The translations under genes and the position numbers were made by a program. The notes under the pieces are model-generated. The model was not told the DNA's origin and did no database searches. It worked only from the letters and a program-made list of their open reading frames with translations. Of a stretch of DNA of 64,000 bases, positions 48,601 through 57,400 are shown piece by piece. Where the stretch lies: assembly GCA_000092065.1 (NCBI GenBank), contig CP000591.1; one strand, given 5' to 3'. Each line of letters starts with the position of its first letter. Within the stretch, counting starts at the first letter, position 1. The DNA is from Ostreococcus lucimarinus (lineage: Eukaryota).

Positions 48601-49740
48601 TTAAAGCGACTAGATGACACTGGCGCGGCTGAATCAGACGATGCGCGCTTATTGCGCTCCGAGCTCGCCGCTATGGGTTCTCAACTCGACTCGTGCAGAG
48701 AAACTCTCGCTGCGTGCTCGCACGGTCTCAGCGTGCTTGAATCGCGCATGGCCGAAGAATTCGCGGCGATGGGCAAGTCGCCAATGTTCGCAGAAGGCAT
48801 GGACACTACTCGCAGTCGCGTACGCGATCTAGAAAAGTCACTCGCGGCGGCGAATGCCCAGTCCGACGTCACCTTCAAGAATCTGCAAATCGCGCTCGAC
48901 GCATCGACGATGGATGTCGGAAGGGATATTCCTGTCGAGTTTAAAATCCCGTTTCAATCAATCCCAGGACAACGTATTTTAGTCGTTGGTACTTGGTGCG
49001 ATTGGATCACTCAAAACGGCTTGCAGTTGACGTGGACCGAGGGGAACATATGGAAAGGCACGATGACACTGCACACAGGCTCAAATTACGAGTACAAGTA
49101 CGTCGTTGTGGAGGAAGTCCTCGGCGGAGTGCCTGGGGAAGCACCGCCGTACTTTCCGCCCTGGGGCACAACCGAGCCAAAGATTGAGCAGATGTTCGAC
49201 GGACGGGCGTACATGCTCGTCTGGCAGCCAGGAAACAACAAGGCGATGGCGCTCGACAACATTCACACGGATGGCGTCGCGCAAATTAAAGTTTCAGACG
49301 ACTGGATCGCCAATCCCAAGAAATCACCGATCACACTCTTCGCCGCGGATGGAGAAGTGCTTGAGATCGTCGGCTCGACGGCACTGCTCGGTGAAACGGT
49401 CGATCGCGCCGATCACGCCCTCGCCGAGGCTCGAAAGCAAGTCCAAATGATGGCCGACTTGGCGAGCGCCGCGTTGGCTGAAGTCGATACCCAGCTCGCG
49501 AGACGAATCGCCACGCAACTGGACGATATTCGTCACAAAGGAACTTTGTCTACCGACAGCGACGGTAAGCATCACCGTGGAACAAAGGCGCTTCCCTCGA
49601 GCGTTGAGGCCGGCTCGCCAAGGTCTAATCTTAACTGGATGAATATTGGATTCGGGTTGGAAGCCCAAGACGATGGCGAAGATTCAACATCGGCTTCGAC
49701 TGACGCGGAAGACGCCGGCGATGGCATCGACTACGCGTAA
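42619..49740 (+). CDS. Giant coiled-coil repeat protein, part B (about 2370 aa), ending in a CBM20-like starch-binding domain. It is either the +1-frame continuation of part A across a frameshift or misassembly at about 42620, or a separate tandem paralogue starting at ATG 42619.
   Basis: The frame is open from 42616 (ATG at 42619, created exactly at the repeat junction) to the TAA at 49738-49740. It has the same 86-aa repeat family as part A and a unique C-terminal region. Confidence 0.7.
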   Translation: MEKLESLRREHETKLNDMRESATQQRADLESQLREREEDIERVRSELDESKAALESERDALQSELERVLSQVSESESLQSAAVSDLESERDALRSQLADLSSARDSELASVRADLESQLREREEDIERVRSELDESKAALESERDALQSELERVLSQVSESESLQSAAVSDLESERDALRSQLADLSSARDSELASVRADLESQLREREEDIERVRSELDESKAALESERDALQSELERVLSQVSESESLQSAAVSDLESERDALRSQLADLSSARDSELASVRADLESQLREREEDIERVRSELDESKAALESERDALQSELERVLSQVSESESLQSAAVSDLESERDALRSQLADLSSARDSELASVRADLESQLREREDDIERVRSELDESKAALESERDALQSELERVLSQVPEVDASQSAAVSDLESERDALRSQLADLSSARDSELASVRADLESQLREREEDIERVRSELDESKAALESERDALQSELERVLSQVPEVDASQSAAVSDLESERDALRSQLADLSSARDSELASVRADLESQLREREEDIERVRSELDESKAALESERDALQSELERVLSQVPEVDASQSAAVSDLESERDALRSQLADLSSARDSELASVRADLESQLREREEDIERVRSELDESKAALESERDALQSELERVLSQVPEVDASQSAAVSDLESERDALRSQLADLSSARDSELASVRADLESQLREREEDIERVRSELDESKAALESERDALQSELERVLGELSQSTSALRRVEEDLNAALSDRDEFEEESDRLRRRLPRLEREHNELEDAMRLEMDELASKLAAMSKARDDLEKDMIEQSDGLYKALGSSREDLQRELNEGKKLLAQREAELKRLTADFSLKEHAIESEREALATELDRLIHKVPALELTTAELEAERAELREKLDDLIANRDQLAANLRTENDSMSAELSMTREALDEQFNAVTTQLLETDEIIDKMRKDNEAAKEAAENDRLALQGELERVVSESNKLRAAQATAESLLRAERDDLEDKVEKLESLRREHETKLNDMRESATQQRADLESQLREREEDIERVRSELDESKAALESERDALQSELERVLSQVSESESLQSAAVSDLESERDALRSQLADLSSARDSELASVRADLESQLREREEDIERVRSELDESKAALESERDALQSELERVLSQVPEVDASQSAAVSDLESERDALRSQLADLSSARDSELASVRADLESQLREREEDIERVRSELDESKAALESERDALQSELERVLGELSQSTSALRRVEEDLNAALSDRDEFEEESDRLRRRLPRLEREHNELEDAMRLEMDELASKLAAMSKARDDLEKDMIEQSDGLYKALGSSREDLQRELNEGKKLLAQREAELKRLTADFSLKEHALESEREALATELDRLIHKVPALELTAAELEAERAELREKLDDLIANRDQLAANLRTENDSMSAELSMTREALDEQFNAVTTQLLETDEIIDKMRKDNEAAKEAAENDRLALQGELERVVSESNKLRAAQATAESLLRAERDDLEDKVEKLESLRREHETKLNDVRESATQQRADLESQLREREEDIERVRSELDESKAALESERDALQSELERVLSQVSESESLQSAAVSDLESERDALRSQLADLSSARDSELASVRADLESQLREREEDIERVRSELDESKAALESERDALQSELERVLSQVSESESLQSAAVSDLESERDALRSQLADLSSARDSELASVRADLESQLREREEDIERVRSELDESKAALESERDALQSELERVMDDVLNAEALAEQAELIRSQMQADMEQLVEARQSVEQRLQDVDSALQISLNKVATLEIEQERLRLELSASEKALAESERARSESDAEILALSDELSDALNARLLIEQRLRARDEELETARIKQSELITENSKLRAELMDAKAMADDYTRQLSSGLFGDEKRVEAGIQRFDSFEASDTGIFATDEADEAFVTACNMVQRIEILVRRQKQTGEELKRLDDTGAAESDDARLLRSELAAMGSQLDSCRETLAACSHGLSVLESRMAEEFAAMGKSPMFAEGMDTTRSRVRDLEKSLAAANAQSDVTFKNLQIALDASTMDVGRDIPVEFKIPFQSIPGQRILVVGTWCDWITQNGLQLTWTEGNIWKGTMTLHTGSNYEYKYVVVEEVLGGVPGEAPPYFPPWGTTEPKIEQMFDGRAYMLVWQPGNNKAMALDNIHTDGVAQIKVSDDWIANPKKSPITLFAADGEVLEIVGSTALLGETVDRADHALAEARKQVQMMADLASAALAEVDTQLARRIATQLDDIRHKGTLSTDSDGKHHRGTKALPSSVEAGSPRSNLNWMNIGFGLEAQDDGEDSTSASTDAEDAGDGIDYA
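42690..44870 (+). repeat. Tandem array B of about 8.5 copies of the 258-bp unit. The first four copies carry the SQVSESESLQSAAV variant and the next four carry SQVPEVDASQSAAV.
   Basis: The period is 258 bp. Subfamily blocks are visible in the translations. Confidence 0.9.
44872..47950 (+). repeat. Higher-order repeat: two tandem copies of a 1539-bp unit, each made of about 800 bp of unique coiled coil plus about 2.4 copies of the 258-bp repeat
   Basis: GELSQSTSALRRVEEDLNAALSDRDEFEEE... begins at 44891 and again at 46430 (offset 1539 bp). There are only 3 amino-acid differences across about 513 aa. Confidence 0.9.
48926..49260 (+). other. CBM20-like starch-binding domain at the C-terminus of the giant protein
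   Basis: IPVEFKIPFQSIPGQRILVVGTWCDWITQNGLQLTWTEGNIWKGTMTLHTGSNYEYKYVVVEE...MLVWQPGNN matches the CBM20 pattern: V.F.v....Gq.l.vvG....W.......l.W.....W......l.....eYKYvv......W.pG.N. Confidence 0.6.
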
Positions 49741-49820
49741 GGAATGCATGCGATCACGGCAAACGATCGCCATAGCGCGCACCATAGCATTTAGATGTAC
49801 ACGATGAATGTGTCTAGAAA

Positions 49821-50552
49821 TCAAATCGCGCCCGATTCGCCGACGTGAAATTTCTTCGCCCCCAACTCCCTCGCCGCCACGCGCTGTTCCACGGCTCGCG
49901 CGTCACTGACGGGCGGTACCGCGCGCGCGTAATGTCGCATCGCGCGTCCAATATCACGCTCCTCTTCTTCCGCGTCGTCCCCCACCCCATAAAAACCCAC
50001 GAGCTCTAACAAACGATCCGGCTGCTTCGCCACCGCGTCTCTCGCCTCCGCCGCGCCGAGCGTCTCCTCCAACCCGCGCATCGCTTCTTCCAGCGCTCGC
50101 CCATCGCACAGCAGCAGTCCCGGTGCGAGCGTTATCTGCCGCCCTGAGATCCCCGCCACGCATCGTTTCACCATCAACACGCGCTTTACGAATTCGTCCT
50201 CGCGCAGCGCCAACAGCCTCGGCTCTCGCGCCGCGGACGCCGGCACGTCCAACCCGTGCGAGCCGCAATTTCCGTCGCCATCCACCGGGAACACGCGCAA
50301 CAGCGCGCGCACTTTCGATTCCAATCGCGCTGGATCGCGATACAGCGATTCGCGCGATGATTTCGTGACGATTTGTCGGCAGTGCGCGGCGCCCGTCCAA
50401 TTTCTCCAAAACTTTTCAACCGCGCGGTCGTTCGCGTCGGTGAACGCGCACTCGCCGTCGCCCGCGCTGCGCGCGCGCGCCGCGCGACTCGCCGCGCCCG
50501 AAGTCGACGTCGACGGCCCGCGCGACGGCGCGCGCGTGAAGTTTGCGCGCAT
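49821..50552 (-). CDS. Hypothetical protein with a possible diverged OTU-like Cys-protease motif (VDGDGNCGSHGL ... RHY)
   Basis: ATG at 50552. No secure family assignment. Confidence 0.35.
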   Translation of the reverse strand: MRANFTRAPSRGPSTSTSGAASRAARARSAGDGECAFTDANDRAVEKFWRNWTGAAHCRQIVTKSSRESLYRDPARLESKVRALLRVFPVDGDGNCGSHGLDVPASAAREPRLLALREDEFVKRVLMVKRCVAGISGRQITLAPGLLLCDGRALEEAMRGLEETLGAAEARDAVAKQPDRLLELVGFYGVGDDAEEEERDIGRAMRHYARAVPPVSDARAVEQRVAARELGAKKFHVGESGAI

Positions 50553-50578
50553 CTGAATGACGGCGTAACGTCTTCGCG

Positions 50579-51766
50579 ATGGCGCCGGTCGCGGTCGCCG
50601 CGAACGTTGAAATCGCGGCGCCGCTCGCGGTGGAAGACACGGCCACGCTTTGCGACCTCGTGCGCGGCGCGCTGTGCTTCTGGCGGTGCGAGAGGGATTA
50701 TTTCTTCGCGGAAGGGTCGAAGTGCGCGAGGGCGCGAGACGCGTGCGCGGCGGCGTGTCGCCTGCCGCCGGAATGGGTCACGCGAGCGCTCGGCACGACG
50801 CGAGAACGAGAAATCGCGAAGCACACGGACCCTTTGGAACGGAAAGAATATTTGGGGACGCTCACGGAGGAGGAGGCGCGGACGTTGAGGCGGAGACGGG
50901 CGGAGGCGGCGCGCTTCGTGAGACGAAGAGCGATGGCCGCGGCGCCGGAGAGACAGAGCATGACGAAGCGGGCGGGGGAACGACGGAGACGGGAGCGAGC
51001 GTGGACCTCGTCAAAGTTGAGAAAGGATGGGGACGACGCGTCGGTGAGCGCGAGCGATGAGTTCGGGAAGGCGGAGGCGCTCGAGGCCGAGCTAGCGGAG
51101 GCGAACGCTCGGCGGTATCGCCGCGCCTACGACGGCGCCGATGAATCGGGGTATTCGTCGCGATCGTCGTCGTATTACTCGGACGAATCGTCGTATTCGT
51201 CGTACACCGGGTCGTCGTATTCGTCGTACACCGGGTCGTCGTATTCGTCGTACGCCTCGGACGCAGACGCCGAGCGGGAGCGTCGGCGCGCGTTGGCGCT
51301 CGACGCAATGAAGCCCCCGAACGACGCCACGGCGATGACCGTCTCGCGCAAGGATGCGCTCGGCAAACCATTAATCGTCGGCAAGCACTTGGCGTTCGCC
51401 ACCGAAGGTTTACTCCCCGAAGGCTTGACGCGCTGGGAGGCGTACATCGCCGAAGCCGAACGCGCCGGCGAGCTTCGCGACGCCAAAATGCGTCGCCGCG
51501 CCGAGCGTCGCGATCGATCCCTCCACCGCGAGCTCGATGCTCTGAAACTCTACGCCGACAGGGTCAAGCTCAGCGAGCAAGACGTGCAAATCCGTCGTCA
51601 AGCGTTGATCGACGCGCACGACGCGCGCGTTCGCGAATCCGTCGAGCGCGAAGTCAAAATAGCCGCCCGCGCGCGTCGCAAGCGCAACGTCCTGCTCAAT
51701 CTCGACCACGACGCGCGCTCTAGATTATTAAAGCGCTGGGCTCTCCGCCCCAGCGCTCAGAAATAG
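50579..51766 (+). CDS. Hypothetical protein with a Ser/Tyr-rich tandem peptide repeat (SSYYSDESSYSSYTGSSYSSYTGSSYSSYASD) and a basic/helical C-terminus
   Basis: ATG at 50579. The repeat is encoded at about 51160-51260, visible as tcgtcgtattcgtcgtacaccgggtcg x2. Confidence 0.45.
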   Translation: MAPVAVAANVEIAAPLAVEDTATLCDLVRGALCFWRCERDYFFAEGSKCARARDACAAACRLPPEWVTRALGTTREREIAKHTDPLERKEYLGTLTEEEARTLRRRRAEAARFVRRRAMAAAPERQSMTKRAGERRRRERAWTSSKLRKDGDDASVSASDEFGKAEALEAELAEANARRYRRAYDGADESGYSSRSSSYYSDESSYSSYTGSSYSSYTGSSYSSYASDADAERERRRALALDAMKPPNDATAMTVSRKDALGKPLIVGKHLAFATEGLLPEGLTRWEAYIAEAERAGELRDAKMRRRAERRDRSLHRELDALKLYADRVKLSEQDVQIRRQALIDAHDARVRESVEREVKIAARARRKRNVLLNLDHDARSRLLKRWALRPSAQK

Positions 51767-51879
51767 CACCGATTCAGAGTCGTGCCGCGCGTCCGGCGCG
51801 CTCGTTCGCGCGCCGTCGCCGCCTCGCCAGTCTCACACCGCGCCGCGCCGCTTCGCGTCGCCGCCGCCGCGCGCGCGTC

Positions 51880-52656
51880 ATGTCTCGCGCCGGACTCACG
51901 CCCGCCGCGCGCCGCGCGATGGACCGCGCGCTCGACGGCGCGCCCGACGCCGTCGAGCGCGTCGCGCAGAAACCGCCCGCGCCCGCGACGCGCCGCCGCG
52001 CGCGCGGTCGCTCGCTCGCGCGCGCCGTCCCGCTCGTCGCGTTCCTCGACGACCGACCGCGATTGAAACACTTCTCGCTCGGCTTCCTCGCGGGCGCGTG
52101 CGCGATGGCGGCGATCGCGATGGAGGAGGTGAAGAGGATGGTGGCGGCGCGCGACGACGAGCGGCGGCGCGAGCGAGACGCGAGACGACGCGCGAGGATT
52201 GAGAAAAAGGCGGTGAATAAATTGAACTCGGTGCCGATAATCGTGGAGATGAGCGATGAAGAGGCGGGCGACGGGATCGGGGGGGACGTCGGGACGAGGG
52301 ACGAAGAGCACAAGATGGCGCTGCTGGTGCGAGAGGACGTGGCGATGGGGGCGGGGAAGTTGGCGGCGCAGGCGGGACACGCGGCGGTTGGCGCGGCGAT
52401 GGCGACGCGGGATCGATCGCCGATGCTGATGGGAAGATGGGAGTGCGATGGGCAAAAGAAGGTGACGCTGGGGGTGAAGAATCTGAGGGTGATGAATGAA
52501 CTGTTGGGAGAGGCGAAGACGGCGCGGTTGACGACGTTTGTCGTGGAGGACGCCGGCCGCACGGAGGTGGAACCGGGCACGGTGACGGTCGCCGCCATCG
52601 GACCGGCGGCGGCGTCCGACATTGATAAAATCACGGGACACCTGCGTTTGTACTAG
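51880..52656 (+). CDS. PTH2: Peptidyl-tRNA hydrolase 2 (PTH2 family) with an N-terminal membrane anchor
   Basis: ATG at 51880. The anchor is FSLGFLAGACAMAAIAM. The C-terminal domain KMALLVREDVAMGAGKLAAQAGHAAVGA...GQKKVTLGV...VVEDAGRTEVEPGTVTVAAIGPAAASDIDKITGHLRLY matches PTH2. Confidence 0.82.
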   Translation: MSRAGLTPAARRAMDRALDGAPDAVERVAQKPPAPATRRRARGRSLARAVPLVAFLDDRPRLKHFSLGFLAGACAMAAIAMEEVKRMVAARDDERRRERDARRRARIEKKAVNKLNSVPIIVEMSDEEAGDGIGGDVGTRDEEHKMALLVREDVAMGAGKLAAQAGHAAVGAAMATRDRSPMLMGRWECDGQKKVTLGVKNLRVMNELLGEAKTARLTTFVVEDAGRTEVEPGTVTVAAIGPAAASDIDKITGHLRLY

Positions 52657-52753
52657 CGTTTCGTCGATCGTTCCGGGACTAGATTATCATCAATGAGAAA
52701 TTCAATTATTGTTTTACAAATCTTTCGTCGTCGGACGGTCTTGTAAGTCTCGA

Positions 52754-54386
52754 TCAAGAAAAGACGTCTTCCCGATCCATCGGTGCCGTTTCTTCCGGTT
52801 TCTCCGCCTCGAGCGCGGCGAACTCGAGGAAGTGCGTCGGTCTGTGTCGCTCGTGGTAAAATTCGAGCGGATTCCCGAGCTTGAGTGCGTACTTCATGCC
52901 CGCCGAGTGCTTGACGCCTTGGAAAGAATAGTTCCACGACCCGCCGTCGGGAACCATGTAGTAACCCAAGAAACGATCGGAGAGTAACATTTGAACCTTT
53001 TCGAAATGTCCGGGTCCATATCCTTGCGGATTTGTGCTCGTCATGTCCTTGTTCGCGCGGCCCCATTCGTACCCTGCGGGCGTGATCTTGTACGCCGTCA
53101 ACGAGCACGAACCCGGGGTGAACGAGCACGTCAAGATGATGCTCTTTTCTCCATCCCAGGACGAATTTTGCTCGAGAATCTTGGCGTGCTGCGTGCAATC
53201 CTGCGGTTGCAATTGAGAGCTCTCGTTCGGTTGCGTGTGAATCCACCCCAACGGCTCGAGATCGCTCAAGTAGTCGTGCTCCGGGAGCGTCGACGGTAAA
53301 TTCACCGAGCTGTGGTTGCCCCACTGAGGCGGCATCACGACGCAACGGATCTCCTTCACTTGAGGGTTGTCCGGCGGCGAAACGCCGTACATGTAACCCG
53401 CAATCTGCGTACGCAAATCGGCGATAGTGATGAACTTTTTCAACACGTTCTTGGGCATGATGTATGTGTATCCAGTCTCCTTCAAGTCGTCGCTGTTGAC
53501 GTAAATGTGGTTCACGCGCAAATGTAAATTTGTCGCGCTGATGGCTCGAATACGCCAATCGGTCTTACTACCGAACGTTGATTGTTCGTACGGACTCGTA
53601 GTGGTGACGATGAGCTCGTCTCCGTGCACATTCGTAGTCTTGGTCGTGACGGCAATCTGCTGGTTGGCATCTTGCCCACGTTTTTCGATTTCGGCAATCT
53701 CTTGTCGCTGCACAGACGGCGGCGTGATTTCAGCGCCAAGAATGATGTCGCGAACCTCGCTTTGCGTCAACGCCGAGACGTTGACGTTGTTCTTCGCAGA
53801 ATAATCCGCCAAGATCAAGTCTTTCAAAGCGATTTCAACCTTGATCCATTGCTCATCGGTGAGATCTGGCCACACGTGATGCGGTAGCGTCACGACACTC
53901 TTGTCAGGACGCAACATCATCTTTGCCTTTTCGTTGTTGACGTGCAACGCTCGTAAAATCAAAATCAAACGACTAAAGGCTGTGTAACTCGAAATTGTCT
54001 TCAACCAATCGTCGTAGATGTTGAACAACACCATTTGCGGCTCAGTGGCTTTCAAGATGAGATCGCCAAACTTTTCGATCTTCATGCACGCTTGGAACGG
54101 CAGTTGCAACTCGCTTCCCTTGATGACGATGTTCGGGTAATCGAGCATGTGCGTCTCCAACGGGTCGAGCATACCCTTTCTCGTCACGATGATTTGTTTG
54201 GGTTGCTCTTCGATCGGGAGAGAGCGAATCAAGGCCGCGACTTCTTCTGCTGTCTTCCACTTGGCCAACTGCGCGAGACGCTTCTGCCCAGCCCACACGC
54301 TCGTGTGAATGATCTTCAAAAAGAGTTGACCAGTGCGCGGGTTGAAGATGAAAATAGCACCGTTGATTGGTTTTGTCACCAAGTTA

Positions 54387-54427
<41 letters not shown>

Positions 54428-57400
54428 ATCGTCCACGAACCAAATTGTTTGGTTGCTGAACAACTCGCCGTAGTTTTGAGAGTTGAGATACGGTTCGGTG
54501 GGCTCAGAGGAGTACAACTGCAAACCCTTACGAATGCGCTCGCGCAATACGTAAAGCGCCGGGTTAGCTTTCATGATCTTCGCCATCGCTTGTTGCACCA
54601 AAGGTTTGCACCCAGGGAACCAGTTACCGTAGGCTGAGTGCAAGTTGTACGCCAAGTCGATGCCTATCATCACCCCAGTCGGCGACGGGTAAATGGACAT
54701 GTTGTCCGTGGTGTAATCCAAAAACTTTGCGCGCGTGTAACGCTCAATGTCATGAGAATCAAAGTCACCCCAGCGAAGCTGCACGTCGACCCAGAACTTG
54801 TTCGAACTCTTTTGATCGAAAGAATCGTTTGTCTCGCCCATGAGCGACGGCTTGCAAATCGACCACTTGTACGCGGCGAAGAGCAAAATGTCGGCGCAAG
54901 AGCTGTTCATCTTGTACGACTTTCTCGGGTGAATCGTTTCCTTTTGAACCGTTTCAATCTCTAGCGCGTCGAGTTCTTGGTCGAAAACGTTGCACATATC
55001 CATGACGACGGACTCGTGGATCTTTTGCCACAAGTGCGCTCGGAAGATTTGAATCAACGAAATCTTCAGCGTAGGAATTTTACCGTGCATGAAGATGCCT
55101 GTCAAGTCAAGTTGGACTTGGAATCCGACGTAGACATTAGCGCGGTTGATCGTAGGCGACCACCAGAGCGTGAATCGACGATTCGGAATTTGGTTTAAGC
55201 CACTGCGCTGCGCGTTCGTCAATTTCTTGTACTGCATCGATTGCTCGAATCCACTTGCTTTCTCCCAGAACAAACCTTCCCAAGTGGGAAAGTACGTTCC
55301 CTTGAAGAGCGTGTGCTCGAGGATACCCTCGACGCCACCGAGCGCCTGAATGACGTCGGTGCGGTAGTTGTTCAAGTTCCAGAGTTTGCCGTCGTGTCGC
55401 TGATGCGTCCACCAGAACGGATTTTGTCTGGTGAGATTGTACTCTTTGAAAGTCAATCGCACGCGCCAACCCTTATCGTACGCGAGCGTGTGTCGATCCT
55501 TTTGGAACAAGGTGTTGATGCGCGGAATACCGCGATCCCACGAGTCTTCCAAGTCCTCCAATGTGAGACGACGATTCTGCGCCTGCGCTTCTTGACGCTT
55601 CAACGCGTACTCAGCCCACACGCGTTGGGAATCGTTAAATTCAGCCTCCCAAGGTTGGATGTAGCGGAACAGGTTCGGAATGAGTTGATCTTCTTCGTGC
55701 GTCATTCCCGAGCGGAAGTGCGTGATGCCAGAGTCGGTCTGCACGCTGTACCGCAAGTCGCTCTGGGGGATGAGAATGTGACCCATCGAGAGCATACCCA
55801 AACCACCGATTTCTTTCGGTGCGGCGAACACGCACGGCGGGAAACGGCTCGGCATCTTCGAATTCAAACCAATTTTCACGCGAGTCTGAATCTTATTCTC
55901 ACACTTCACCAACAAATCAAGCAACTCCGAGGTGTGAATTGTTGCCTCTCGGTAGTACGTCATCAAGCCGATGAGTGCCGTGTTCCACTTGTTGACAATC
56001 TTGGAAAACGTCGTCGCACCGGATGACATGAGCACTTGCCGGATACGGTTTTCGAATGACTTAAGCGCTTCATCATCGACACGCAAGAATGCCTGCGCCG
56101 TTCGCTCCTTGGTTTGCTCGTTGTGCAAGTTCCAGACGCCGTCCTTGTTGGCAAAGTACTCAGTCGCCATGCGAATCTTTGGCAAAATACGCACTTCAAA
56201 GCCGCTCATGGCAAAGAGCAAGTTGGGGTTGTCGCGAGAGTACACGCTGACGAAACCATTATCCCATTCCAACGTCGTTAACGAGCGCGGAAGACGGTTT
56301 TTGATATCCCAGAATACTGCGCGACCCAAGTTGACGTCGTGCTTCATCAAGCGCATGCGCGCATCGCGAGGCCAGCACTTCTTGTTGTTGTAACCAACCA
56401 TGTTTTCGTTGTTTGGATCGGGATGCTCGGTGAGATAACGCTGAATCAAGTCTTTTGACTCATCAGCGGTGAATCTGAACAGAACGTGCACTCGATCGAT
56501 GTAACGAGAGTACAAACGAATCGGGTGTCGCGTCTCTGTCTCCACGTCTCGATATGAAATGAATTCATTCGGCATGTTCGCCGGACCAGCAATCTCTGAG
56601 GCGCGAGTTAAGCCGAGCAGCAACAAATCTAAAACTAAACCGTAGTACTGCGTCATGAACGATGCGAATTGCAAGCCACGGATCATACCGTAGCTGTTCG
56701 TGTGACTCATGTCCTTGTATGAAATCACCACGTTGTTCTTTGCCGTGCAATAATCAGCGATGTTGTGATCGACAATCAAACGCATCAAACGGTTGAGCAG
56801 GGTGAGGTCAACCTTTTCAAACATTTTCTCGAAGCGCGTTTGCAACATTACCACACATTCGCCCTCGTTCGTGTCCCAAACATCCGTCAAGTTGTTGATG
56901 CCTTGGCACCACTTGTACACCAAGAGCGGCGCCGGCTCGGTGTCTGAAGGCTTGATCCAGTTGGGGAACAGTTGGCGTTTGTCCGCTTCGTACCAGATGT
57001 ACTGATCGAGATACGCGTCAGAAATCTTTTCCAAAGGTTCGATTTCGTACACCGGTATCAAGTGAGAGTACAAATCCATGAACTCGATGTTCACCTCCTT
57101 GAACGCGCGTTGAGTTAGCAAGTGACGCTTGATTCGGCTGAGCGCCTCGTGCGGGTTGTCGAAGGCTTGCTCAATTAAGCCGAGCTCTTCACGCTGATTT
57201 TGATTCAAGCGAGCGTTCACTGAGTAGTTCTCTTTCAAACGCTCGAGCGCCAAGATGAGCAGCTTGCGATCGTGCTTGTACGACAACGGCGGGAAAGGAA
57301 TCGGCGAGAATCTGCGAGATTCAAGCCAGTGCACCGTGGTGGTGTAAATGGCGACTGCTTCTTCTGGAGTGACGTAAGGACCGTCTTTCAGGTAGTTGTG

